Of a DNA stretch of 64,000 nt, positions 1-8,677 are shown piece by piece (position 1 is the first letter of the stretch; each line of letters begins with the position of its first letter). The stretch covers positions 9,191-73,190 of the forward strand of contig CACWWC010000008.1 of assembly GCA_902764545.1 (NCBI GenBank). The letters are read 5' to 3'. A program made the translations under genes and the position numbers. The notes beneath the pieces are model-generated. The model worked only from the letters and a program-made list of their open reading frames with translations. It did not search any database and was not told the origin of the DNA. The DNA comes from an uncultured Erysipelotrichaceae bacterium (GTDB taxonomy: Bacteria; Bacillota_I; Bacilli_A; RF39; UBA660).

Positions 1-620
1 GGTCGTTCAGTAAGAACAATTACTCTGTCAGACATACTTATAGCCTCACCAATATCATGTGTTACCATTATTGCTGTTTTTCCTTCATTTTTAATAATTT
101 TGAAAATATCTTCTCCTATATTTAATCGTGTTTGATAATCTAATGATGACATTGCTTCATCTAACAGTAATATATCTGGTTTCAATGCTAATGTTCTAAT
201 TAAAGCACATCTTTGCCTCATACCCCCGGAAAGATTACTGGGATATTTATTCATAAAATCGTATAAACCATATTTTCTTAAAAGTTCAATAACATATTCT
301 TTTGATTCTTCAGTCAAATTATTATTAACTCTAAGACCAATTAGACAATTTTCCATAACAGTTTTAAAAGGAAGCAAACAATCATCCTGCAACATATAAG
401 CAAGTTTATACCCATTTAAAATTGAAATACTACCCTCTGATTTATCAATTATGTTGTTAAGAATTGATAAAATTGTACTCTTTCCACAACCACTTGGACC
501 AACAATAGAAACAAATTCACCTTCATAAATATCAAAAGATATATCATTTAAAGCACAAACTTCTTCATTATTTGTATGATAATTTTTTTTAAGATTAGAA
601 ATCTCTAAAATCTTTTTCAT
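1..620 (-). CDS. ABC transporter ATP-binding protein (NitT/TauT-like), C-terminal end cut by window edge
   Basis: Own translation of minus strand from ATG at 620-618 with GGAGG RBS upstream: MKKILEISNLKKNYH...VGPSGCGKST (Walker A), LSGGMRQR (ABC signature), LLLDEA (Walker B). Absent from the ORF track because it runs off the window. Confidence 0.9.
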   Translation of the reverse strand, partial: MKKILEISNLKKNYHTNNEEVCALNDISFDIYEGEFVSIVGPSGCGKSTILSILNNIIDKSEGSISILNGYKLAYMLQDDCLLPFKTVMENCLIGLRVNNNLTEESKEYVIELLRKYGLYDFMNKYPSNLSGGMRQRCALIRTLALKPDILLLDEAMSSLDYQTRLNIGEDIFKIIKNEGKTAIMVTHDIGEAISMSDRVIVLTER

Positions 621-693
621 AAAACCTCCATATATTAATTTATGAAATTAAAAAGATATTGTTAGTTATAAAAAAGAAAAGAAGAAAATATTT

Positions 694-1686
694 TTATTTA
701 TTTTCTTGCTTATAAATTAAGTCTTTATATGCTACTTTTTTATCTAACTCACCATAAGTTATCATTATATCCTGAAGATGGTCAAATGAACTTTTTTTAA
801 AGGTTGTGGTTTCAGGCCATACCTTTGACTTTCTATATCTTTTTACAGCGGCAGTTATATCAGACAGACTTGAATCTGGAAATTGAGGTAAAATAACTTT
901 TGCCACTTCTTCATCTGTATGTGTATGTACAAAATCAAGTCCTTTTTTTATAGCTTTATTAAATGCACTAATCTTTAGAGGATTATTATCTATATATTTT
1001 TTTCTCGCAGAGAAAGAAGTATATGGAACAATTCCACCAAGCTCACCAACACTCGCCACTACATATCCATAACCACTTTTTTCAACTTGACTCGCTGTTG
1101 GCTCAAATAAAGTAACAAAATCACCGTATCCACCTATAAATGTTCCACTCATTGCTGGAAAGGCGATGGATGTGTCAATATTTACATCATTCTTTGGATC
1201 TATTCCATTTTGTAGTAATGCATACTCCAATGTCATCTCTGGCATTCCAGCAGCCCTACCACCTATAATAGTTTTTCCTTTCAAATCATCTAATGTAAAA
1301 TCCTTGATTTTTTTTCTTGAAACAATAAAAGTACCATCCTTCTGTGTTAATTGTGCAAAAGTTTTTAAATAATTCTTTTCTCCACCATTATATACATATA
1401 TTGTAGCCTCTGCACCACATAGTCCTATGTCAGCATCACCTGATAGTAAAGCCGATGAGACTTTGTCAGCACCACTAGTAAGAATTAATTCAATATCAAG
1501 ATTATTATCAATAAAGTAACCATTTTCAATTGCAACATATAATGGTGCATAAAAAACCGTATGTGCAACTTCTGCCAGGGTAATATTTTCCTTCTTTTTC
1601 TCAGTGTTGAAATTAAATATTACTGAACCCAATACTATAAATATCGTGATAATACACAATAAATATACAAATAATTTCTTTTTCAT
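694..1686 (-). CDS. ABC transporter substrate-binding protein, NMT1/THI5-like (SsuA/TauA-type), N-terminal membrane anchor or signal
   Basis: 330-aa ORF with AGGAG RBS, hydrophobic N-terminus, and YAPLYVA / GDADIG / GGRAAGMPE motifs typical of NMT1-like periplasmic binding proteins. Same strand and adjacent to the ABC ATPase. Confidence 0.75.
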   Translation of the reverse strand: MKKKLFVYLLCIITIFIVLGSVIFNFNTEKKKENITLAEVAHTVFYAPLYVAIENGYFIDNNLDIELILTSGADKVSSALLSGDADIGLCGAEATIYVYNGGEKNYLKTFAQLTQKDGTFIVSRKKIKDFTLDDLKGKTIIGGRAAGMPEMTLEYALLQNGIDPKNDVNIDTSIAFPAMSGTFIGGYGDFVTLFEPTASQVEKSGYGYVVASVGELGGIVPYTSFSARKKYIDNNPLKISAFNKAIKKGLDFVHTHTDEEVAKVILPQFPDSSLSDITAAVKRYRKSKVWPETTTFKKSSFDHLQDIMITYGELDKKVAYKDLIYKQENK

Positions 1687-1790
1687 AAATCTCTCCTAAC
1701 AATATATAATATGAAGAAAATAGAAAAGTGCTATTAAACATAATCATAAATAAATAATTGAAAAATAACTGAAAAAAATAACTGAAAAAC

Positions 1791-1819
1791 TTGCAAATAA
1801 TAAAAAGTTATGTTATAAT
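1791..1819 (+). promoter_or_regulatory. sigma-A type promoter for the adhesin-sortase operon
   Basis: TTGCAA (1791-1796), 17-nt spacer, TGTTATAAT extended -10 (TATAAT 1814-1819), about 30 nt upstream of the RBS GAGGGGGAAAG. Confidence 0.65.
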
Positions 1820-1848
1820 ATAGCCACATTGAGTGAGGGGGAAAGAAA

Positions 1849-3141
1849 ATGAAAAACAAAATTAATATTGCAAAAAAAATGCTAATTACTATTGTCACAT
1901 TAGTAATATCATTAGCATCAACAACAAAAGTTTATGCAGCAGCAGATTCTATTCAACTTGGATCAGCTTCATACGCAGGGAACTATATTGCAGGAGTATA
2001 TTTTAGTGATAAAAAGACAACTGATGGAAAGTATCTATATTGCTTAGATATGCCAAAGACAACAGCCCAAAATGTGAAAGCAACATTAGTAAGTAACAGT
2101 AAATATACAGATGGAGGACTAGTATACATACTAAAAAATGGTTATCCAAATAAATCAATAACTGGAGATAATCAAAAAGATTATTATATTACCCAAACAG
2201 CAGTTTGGTGGTATCTAGATGAAGTTCACGGTACAACAAACTTAGGTGACCAATTTAAAAATAGCGGTTCTGATTCATATGGATTAAGAAAGTATGTAAA
2301 GAACTTGGTTACAGAAGGAGTAAAGCATAAAGGTGACTCAACATCTTTAGCTAATACAAAATTAAAATTATCAACTAGTGATATAACAATGAAATTAAAA
2401 GATAATTATTATGTATCAGATGCTATTAAAGCAAGTGTTGCCGAAAATGTAAGTACATATAAGGTTACTTTGTCAGGGGCACCAGCAGGTACTATCATCG
2501 AGAAAAATGACACTAAGTCTAACTACAATGGAGAGTTTTCAGTAAATAAAGATGAATCGTTTAAAATAATGGTTTCAAAGGATAAAATGACTGAAAAATC
2601 ACTATCAATAAAAATAAATGCAACTGCAGTTGGTACAGCACAATATAAAGCCTATGAATATCAACCAGTTGACAAATCAATGCAAAATGTTGCCTTATTA
2701 GAAAAAACAGCAGTGAGTGTTACATCAGCATTAACATTACAGATTACTAAGGAAGAAAAGCCAGTAATAAGCATAATAAAAGTTGATCAAGAAACACAAC
2801 AACCATTAGCAAATGCAACTTTAGTAATCAAGAATTCAAAAGGGGAAAATGTATATAAATTTAACACAACTACAAATCCAGAAATTATAACTGAGATAAC
2901 TGAGTATGGAACATATACTATTGAAGAGGTAAGTGCACCTGAAGGATATATCAAAAGTGATAGAAAAATTTCATTCACAATTGATGAAAATCACCTATCA
3001 CATCAAATTACCTTTGAGAATGCAAAAGAAGTCTACGTTCCAAATACTGCAAATACTTCATCAATAATAATGATAATTTTAGGTATTGTTATGTTAGGAG
3101 CAGGAATTGAAGTTGTATACAAAAACAGAAAAAAAGCATAA
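1849..3141 (+). CDS. Cell-wall-anchored thioester-domain (TQXA) adhesin with CnaB/SpaA-type stalk domain and LPNTA-like sorting signal
   Basis: Signal peptide ending VYAAAD. Cys65 in YLYCLDMPK (TGC 2041-2043) and TQTAVWWY (2191-2202) match the Cys plus TQxA(I/V)W thioester signature. GTYTIEEVSAPEGY is CnaB-like. C-terminus has VPNTA (3037-3051), a hydrophobic helix and KNRKKA. Confidence 0.8.
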   Translation: MKNKINIAKKMLITIVTLVISLASTTKVYAAADSIQLGSASYAGNYIAGVYFSDKKTTDGKYLYCLDMPKTTAQNVKATLVSNSKYTDGGLVYILKNGYPNKSITGDNQKDYYITQTAVWWYLDEVHGTTNLGDQFKNSGSDSYGLRKYVKNLVTEGVKHKGDSTSLANTKLKLSTSDITMKLKDNYYVSDAIKASVAENVSTYKVTLSGAPAGTIIEKNDTKSNYNGEFSVNKDESFKIMVSKDKMTEKSLSIKINATAVGTAQYKAYEYQPVDKSMQNVALLEKTAVSVTSALTLQITKEEKPVISIIKVDQETQQPLANATLVIKNSKGENVYKFNTTTNPEIITEITEYGTYTIEEVSAPEGYIKSDRKISFTIDENHLSHQITFENAKEVYVPNTANTSSIIMIILGIVMLGAGIEVVYKNRKKA

Positions 3142-3760
3142 TAAAAATAATAATAGAAACTCTCCTAGTTTAATAGCTTTTATTGGAGCTATATTGACAC
3201 TAATAGGAGGTTTCTTTATTTCTTATAACTATATTCAATCTGAAAAGTTATTAGCATATGATTATATGTCTAATACCTTTTACAATAATTCAGATGTTGT
3301 TATTGTATCTGAGAATAGTATTTCAAACGAGGAAGAACTGCCGGACGAAGTAACAGATGAATATATTGGATATTTAACAATACCAAAAATTAATTTAACC
3401 AAAGGTTTTCTGGATAAAAGATCATCAGAGAATAATGTTGATAAAAACCTACTTGTGGTTGAAGGTTCAAATTATCCAGACCATGAAGCAGGGAATTTAA
3501 TTATTGCAGGTCATTCAGGCACAGGTTGGAATTCATTTTTTAATGATTTATATCAACTTAATATAAATGATACTGCATATGTTAATTATAAACAAAAAAA
3601 ATATATATATAAAATTGTTAACATATATAAACAACCTAAAATAGGCAAATTAGCAATATACAGAGATTATACAAAAACGACTTTAACACTAATTACGTGT
3701 ACAAATGATGATGATACTACACAAACTGTATACATTGCTGAATTGGTAAACATTGAATAA
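3107..3760 (+). CDS. Sortase (class D/A-like transpeptidase)
   Basis: TTG start 6 nt after AGGAG, overlapping the adhesin 3' end. N-terminal TM helix, catalytic His in LIIAGHSG, catalytic Cys in TLTLITCT (TLxTC motif). Confidence 0.85.
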   Translation: MKLYTKTEKKHNKNNNRNSPSLIAFIGAILTLIGGFFISYNYIQSEKLLAYDYMSNTFYNNSDVVIVSENSISNEEELPDEVTDEYIGYLTIPKINLTKGFLDKRSSENNVDKNLLVVEGSNYPDHEAGNLIIAGHSGTGWNSFFNDLYQLNINDTAYVNYKQKKYIYKIVNIYKQPKIGKLAIYRDYTKTTLTLITCTNDDDTTQTVYIAELVNIE

Positions 3761-3787
3761 AAAAGAATATAAGGGGGAGGTATAGAG

Positions 3788-4645
3788 ATGAGTAAGCTAT
3801 CTTTTATGGATAAAATTGGCATTTTAGTCAATGAATCTAAAAACAGTAAAATTTATTTGATATTAATAGTAGTATTACTAATCACAGGGGTAATTCTTAT
3901 AAAAACAAATAAATCTAATGAAAAGAAAAATAAAATTATTTTTATTAGTATAGCAATTATTTCATTATTATCTATTATCTTATCTTTTTATAATTCACTT
4001 GGGAAATTAATGAATTACATGATGAATCATTTCTTTATTGGTATTTTTTTCCCAAATATTGCAATGTATTTTGCGGCAATCATAGTAACAAATATTATAC
4101 TATGGATAAGTCTATTCAACTATAAGTCGTCAAAACAAATAAAATTATTAAATATAATAGTATATATGATAATTAATTATCTTATGTTTTTATTACTAAA
4201 AATAATAAAAGTTGGAAACATAGATATATATAGTCAAAGCTCAATTTACGAAAATGAATCAGCAAATGCTATTATCTCTCTCACGAGTACTGTTTTTATT
4301 ATTTGGATAGTATTTTTAATAATATATAAAATTTTATTAATATATTTAAAAAAAGATTATAAAGAAAAAATAAAAAAAGTGGTTATTAAAAAAAGCGTAA
4401 AAAAGCTCCCTGATAATTACGAATCAATAGAAATTCCGAAGATGGTATACAAAAAAAGTAATAGTAATTTATATTTGAATGATATTCAAATGAAAAAACA
4501 ACTAGAAAATATGCTTACATTAGAAGATTATAAAACACTAATAAAAATATTAAATGAACATAAAAAAACAAAAAGAAAGAAAGAGCAAGAAGAAAAAGAA
4601 TTAAAAAAATATAAAGAATTACTAGAATTATATGAATTACACTAA
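3788..4645 (+). CDS. Polytopic membrane protein with K/E-rich cytoplasmic tail, unknown function
   Basis: GGGGGAGG RBS. About 5 hydrophobic segments followed by a lysine/glutamate-rich C-terminus. No recognisable family motif. Confidence 0.6.
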   Translation: MSKLSFMDKIGILVNESKNSKIYLILIVVLLITGVILIKTNKSNEKKNKIIFISIAIISLLSIILSFYNSLGKLMNYMMNHFFIGIFFPNIAMYFAAIIVTNIILWISLFNYKSSKQIKLLNIIVYMIINYLMFLLLKIIKVGNIDIYSQSSIYENESANAIISLTSTVFIIWIVFLIIYKILLIYLKKDYKEKIKKVVIKKSVKKLPDNYESIEIPKMVYKKSNSNLYLNDIQMKKQLENMLTLEDYKTLIKILNEHKKTKRKKEQEEKELKKYKELLELYELH

Positions 4646-4646
4646 T

Positions 4647-4677
4647 AAATCAAATTTAATTATTTGATTTTTTTTTG
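4647..4677 (+). terminator. Rho-independent terminator (AT-rich stem)
   Basis: AAATCAAAT / ATTTGATTT 9-bp stem with 6-nt loop, followed by a T-run at 4671-4676. Confidence 0.5.
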
Positions 4678-4721
4678 ATAAAAATTTATATTTATAATTT
4701 AACTAAATTTCTAATAACCTC

Positions 4722-4750
4722 TTGAAAAGACAAGAAATAATTGCTATACT
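4722..4750 (+). promoter_or_regulatory. sigma-A type promoter heading the TasA-like locus
   Basis: TTGAAA (4722-4727), exact 17-nt spacer, TATACT (4745-4750). About 65-nt leader to the GTG start at 4818. Confidence 0.65.
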
Positions 4751-4817
4751 TTTAATGATACAATGTATAGTCACAAGATGCGAAAGGCTAGGTGGAGCTG
4801 AATGGTGGTGAGATGAG

Positions 4818-6035
4818 GTGGATAATTCTTCTCAGAATGAACAAGCAGAAAAAAGAAGAATTCGCAAAATATGTTTATTAATTGTAATTATAGTCATCAC
4901 TACTGTTGTATTGATTACAGAAACATATGCATGGTTTGTTGGAATTACAACCGTAAATGTTGATCAGTTCACAGTGAGCGTATCAGGAGGAGAAGGATTA
5001 GAGTTCTCACTAAATGCAAGTTCTTGGACAAGTGGAACACTGGCTGTGACACAAAGTGGGGTAAAAAGCGCATATACAAACAATAAAAATAAATGGGAGA
5101 CAACCACAACATTAGATCCAATATCTACAAGTGGAGAAATAAAAAACCCAGGTGCATTAAAACTATTTGGAAAAGGCTCATTAGCATCAACTATGGGAGG
5201 TTATAAATTAATATCATCAGAACTTCCAAATGTCAGCAGCTCGACAATCTCGGAATTAGATGGTTATATTGCCTTTGATTTATTTATTAGAAATGGTAAT
5301 AAAGCTGCCTACATTACAGATTATAACGCAAATGACGATGAAGCAATATATTTAAGCAGAAATTCTAAGGTAGTAATAACTCCGTCAGGAACAAGTGGAG
5401 CAGGAAGCCCGGATTACGGTTTGGAAAATTCAGTTAGAGTTGCATTTGCTCAAATTGGAAGAATTGCAGCAAATGGTGCTACGGCAACAACAGCACAAGG
5501 CATTGTATGTAACCCTGGAACATCAAGTGGTGTGACAAGTTTATGCACAAACGTTGGAACGACGATATGGGAACCAAATGACACAGCTCATAAAGCAAAA
5601 CTCATAAATTATTATAATACAGCATGTAAAAACAAAACAGGTGCTACGAGCTATGGAAGTGGTGCATGTACAACAATTGGAACAGTAAATAATGGTACGG
5701 TAAGCAACTCCGTTTTTGTTCAAACTAACACAGTTCGTACTACAATAGCAGCAACAAATAATGTTGATATATATGATGGCTTGAATGGATATACCTCATC
5801 AATAGGTGATAACAAATTTCTAAAAGCAACAGATACATTTACAGATACAGACAAAAATGCTACGGGAGATGCAAGGCCAGAATTTTTCAAATTAGCAGCA
5901 AATAGTGTTACAAAAGTAAGAGTATATATATACCTAGAGGGACAAGACGTTGATAATTATGATTTAATTACAAAGGGGAAAAAAATAAATATTAAATTTG
6001 GATTTACAAAAGATAAATATGAAATTGGCAGTTGA
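4818..6035 (+). CDS. Expanded TasA/camelysin-like secreted protein with SipW-type signal peptide (paralog A1)
   Basis: GTG start after GGTGGTGAG, with no in-frame ATG before the TM helix. K/R-rich N-terminus and TM helix ending in TYAWF (compare G-T-x-A-Y/W-F in TasA/CalY signals). Paralog motifs YIAFDLFIRN, NSVRVAF, IWEPNDTAH, RVYIYLEGQDVDNYDL, KFGFTKDKYE. Confidence 0.65.
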   Translation: MDNSSQNEQAEKRRIRKICLLIVIIVITTVVLITETYAWFVGITTVNVDQFTVSVSGGEGLEFSLNASSWTSGTLAVTQSGVKSAYTNNKNKWETTTTLDPISTSGEIKNPGALKLFGKGSLASTMGGYKLISSELPNVSSSTISELDGYIAFDLFIRNGNKAAYITDYNANDDEAIYLSRNSKVVITPSGTSGAGSPDYGLENSVRVAFAQIGRIAANGATATTAQGIVCNPGTSSGVTSLCTNVGTTIWEPNDTAHKAKLINYYNTACKNKTGATSYGSGACTTIGTVNNGTVSNSVFVQTNTVRTTIAATNNVDIYDGLNGYTSSIGDNKFLKATDTFTDTDKNATGDARPEFFKLAANSVTKVRVYIYLEGQDVDNYDLITKGKKINIKFGFTKDKYEIGS

Positions 6036-6073
6036 AATATATAGCACAATATTATTATTAAGGTGGTGTAAAA

Positions 6074-7450
6074 ATGGAAAAGAAGGAAGTAACTAAAAAA
6101 AGGTATAATAGAAAGAAACGAAAAAGAGCAATTAAAAAAAGTAAAAAAGTTGTAATAGCAATGGGGCTAACAGCAATAGTACTTGTTGTTGCAACATATG
6201 CATGGTTCATTGGTATAACAACAGTAAATGTTAATCAATTTGAAGTTAATATAGTTACAACAGAAGGTTTGTCAATTTCGTTAGATGGTAAGCACTGGGA
6301 AACAGTTTTAAATGTTACAAAGGGAATTATTGAAGGAACAGACCCAATGGTAATTAATGGGTCAACTTCAGCAAATAAACATCTAAAAGCTGATGGTACA
6401 GACGGTGATTATGGTGAATATCCAGTTGCAAATGGAAACAATGACCATTGGGCAACTGCAGGTGATGATTCATCACATACAGGACTTGAGCCAGTTTCCT
6501 CATCAGGACAGTTAGATTCAACTTCATCACAAGCTAAATTCTATTCAAAAAGTACAATGACAGCTGAAAGAGGCGGATATAAGTTGGCTGCAGGTGATAT
6601 AACATCACCAACTGCAACAGGTTATATTGCTTTTGACATATTCATTAGAAATGCAACAGGATCTGCATATGAAGCGGCCTACAATAAAGACAATGATGAA
6701 GCATTATTTTTAACAGGTGGTTCAAACGTTACATATAATACATCAGGATCAAGTGCAGGAGATGGTATTCAAAATTCAGTACGTGTAGGTTTTTATTCTT
6801 TAGGCAGAGTTGCTGCAACTGGAACAACTGATGCCACAATACAAGGAATTAGTTGTTCAGCATCAACAGGAGTCACAAGTCTATGTAATCTTCAAGAAGG
6901 TGAAGCAGGATCACAAACAGCAGTACCAAGAGGATACAACTGGAATATCTGGGAGCCAAATGATACTGCTCATACAGATAAAGCGATAACTAGATTCAAC
7001 AATGCATGTATAAAAAGAAGTTCAACAGGAGAATATCAACTAACTGGGGATGACAATAAGTGTAAACCTATAGGAGAAGGTGCAAGTGCACAACAGCTTT
7101 CAGATAACACCTATATTAAAACGTTTACAATAAATGATACAATTTCAGCATCTGCAAACCCACCAGCTAATATATATGATGGACTAAATGGATATACAAA
7201 TCCAAAAATGTCATATATTCAAACTTTGACTGATACTGAAAATAGCGCTGAAGATACTAGAAACCCTCTTTTATATATCGCACCATCTAGTATTACAAAA
7301 ATTAGAGTATATATTTATTTAGAAGGACAAGATGTAGACAATTTTGATTTGGCAACGGTTTATCAAACATTGAGATTTGAATTTGGATTTACTAAGGATA
7401 GATATGAAGCAGCTGAAGAAGAAACACCAACCCCTACAACAGGAGAGTAA
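6074..7450 (+). CDS. Expanded TasA/camelysin-like secreted protein with SipW-type signal peptide (paralog A2)
   Basis: AAGGTGGTG RBS. ATYAWFIGITTVNVNQFEV, YIAFDIFIRN, NSVRVGF, IWEPNDTAH, RVYIYLEGQDVDNFDL, FEFGFTKDRYE. Acidic/Pro-Thr tail. Confidence 0.65.
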   Translation: MEKKEVTKKRYNRKKRKRAIKKSKKVVIAMGLTAIVLVVATYAWFIGITTVNVNQFEVNIVTTEGLSISLDGKHWETVLNVTKGIIEGTDPMVINGSTSANKHLKADGTDGDYGEYPVANGNNDHWATAGDDSSHTGLEPVSSSGQLDSTSSQAKFYSKSTMTAERGGYKLAAGDITSPTATGYIAFDIFIRNATGSAYEAAYNKDNDEALFLTGGSNVTYNTSGSSAGDGIQNSVRVGFYSLGRVAATGTTDATIQGISCSASTGVTSLCNLQEGEAGSQTAVPRGYNWNIWEPNDTAHTDKAITRFNNACIKRSSTGEYQLTGDDNKCKPIGEGASAQQLSDNTYIKTFTINDTISASANPPANIYDGLNGYTNPKMSYIQTLTDTENSAEDTRNPLLYIAPSSITKIRVYIYLEGQDVDNFDLATVYQTLRFEFGFTKDRYEAAEEETPTPTTGE

Positions 7451-7469
7451 GAGGAACATTATAATTTAG

Positions 7470-8501
7470 ATGACAAAGAAAAATAAAAAGAAAAAAGAAA
7501 GAAACAGTGTAAAATTCTACTTTATATTGTTTCTTATCCTTATTACAGGAGTAATACTTGTATATTCTACTTATGCTTGGTTTTCTTCTTCACTAAATGT
7601 TCAAATATACGGATTTAATGTAAGAGTAGATCACGACTCAGATTTGGCAATATCACTCGACGGATCTGATTGGCAACAAAGTATTAACATTACACAAAAT
7701 ACATTGGTTAATGAACTAAGCAAAGTATATCCAAATCACACAAATCGATGGTCAGAATATATGTCTACAGTATCTTCAATAGGTTTGTTAGATCAAGGAT
7801 ATAAATTTTCAATGTTTGAAAACAAAAGACCTTTAACAAAAAAGGGAGGACTGGCAAATAATAATTATATATATCCTAAATTAACTGAAGAAAACAAACC
7901 AGAATTAAATTCAACGTATTTTGCATTTGATATTTTTATAAGAAATAATACAAATTCACCGTATAGTGACAATCTATACATTAGAAACGAAAAAAAACTC
8001 TTTGTTCCAGAAAGCGAAGATGATTTATTTATATTAAACTCATTACGATTTGGAATGGTTTACGTAGGAACAGTAGGTAAAAATGCACCACTGAATGAAA
8101 TACAAAATATGGACTGTCTTTCAAATGGATGCAAGCAATTTATCTATGAACCAAGTACTACTCATACAGATGGAACAGTTGAATTATTAAAAACAAGAAA
8201 AATAGAAATTACAAACGATATGGAAGTACCAACATATGCTGTATACCATGAAGGAGATAAAATTAATCTATGGTCAGGAGTACATAATTCAAGAGTTCAA
8301 TTTGATGAAAATATTTTCGCATATCAAAATACTATAACAAACTTAGAACAACCAATATTTGAACTTCCATCTGGCATTTCAAAATATAGAATATATCTTT
8401 GGGTTGAAGGCTCAGATATTGATGTTATAAAAACAGAGTCTCCAGGATATAGATTAATATTTGGAATTGACTTTGAAAAAGACACAGCAGGATATAATTA
8501 A
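7470..8501 (+). CDS. Divergent TasA-like secreted protein with SipW-type signal peptide (paralog A3)
   Basis: STYAWFSSSLNVQIYGFNV, YFAFDIFIRNNTN, IYEPSTTHTDG, RIYLWVEGSDIDV, FGIDFEKD. Shorter and more divergent than A1/A2. Confidence 0.6.
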   Translation: MTKKNKKKKERNSVKFYFILFLILITGVILVYSTYAWFSSSLNVQIYGFNVRVDHDSDLAISLDGSDWQQSINITQNTLVNELSKVYPNHTNRWSEYMSTVSSIGLLDQGYKFSMFENKRPLTKKGGLANNNYIYPKLTEENKPELNSTYFAFDIFIRNNTNSPYSDNLYIRNEKKLFVPESEDDLFILNSLRFGMVYVGTVGKNAPLNEIQNMDCLSNGCKQFIYEPSTTHTDGTVELLKTRKIEITNDMEVPTYAVYHEGDKINLWSGVHNSRVQFDENIFAYQNTITNLEQPIFELPSGISKYRIYLWVEGSDIDVIKTESPGYRLIFGIDFEKDTAGYN

Positions 8502-8515
8502 GGATGTGAATATAA

Positions 8516-8674
8516 ATGGATAATAAGGGGAAAGTAACATATAAATTTGAATTAAAAGATCTTACATATTTAGAATTATATGAAGTATATAAAGAAATGA
8601 TTGAGTTTGTATCTTTTTTAACAAAGACAAGAGACACAGCGGAAGTTGTAAAAGAAGAAAAAGAGGGGTCTTAA
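8516..8674 (+). CDS. Possible 52-aa cytoplasmic mini-protein (below ORF-track threshold)
   Basis: Own reading: ATG 8516, MDNKGKVTYKFELKDLTYLELYEVYKEMIEFVSFLTKTRDTAEVVKEEKEGS, stop 8672-8674. AAGGA lies 11 nt upstream. Fills the only gap between A3 and the next gene and ends 3 nt before its ATG. Confidence 0.35.
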   Translation: MDNKGKVTYKFELKDLTYLELYEVYKEMIEFVSFLTKTRDTAEVVKEEKEGS

Positions 8675-8677
8675 TTC

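Noticed and set aside
1687-1800. Looked for a TPP (THI-box) riboswitch upstream of the NMT1/THI5-like binding-protein gene
   Set aside because: The ~110-nt minus-strand leader lacks the conserved CUGAGA and ACCUGAUCUGGAU-type elements and is almost pure A/T.
4813-4881. 22-codon upstream or overlapping ORF (MRWIILLRMNKQKKEEFAKYVY) starting at ATG 4813 in the leader of A1
   Set aside because: The ATG directly abuts the GGTGGTGAG Shine-Dalgarno sequence (zero spacing), which is correctly spaced for the GTG at 4818. It is most likely not translated. It cannot be excluded as a regulatory uORF without ribosome profiling.
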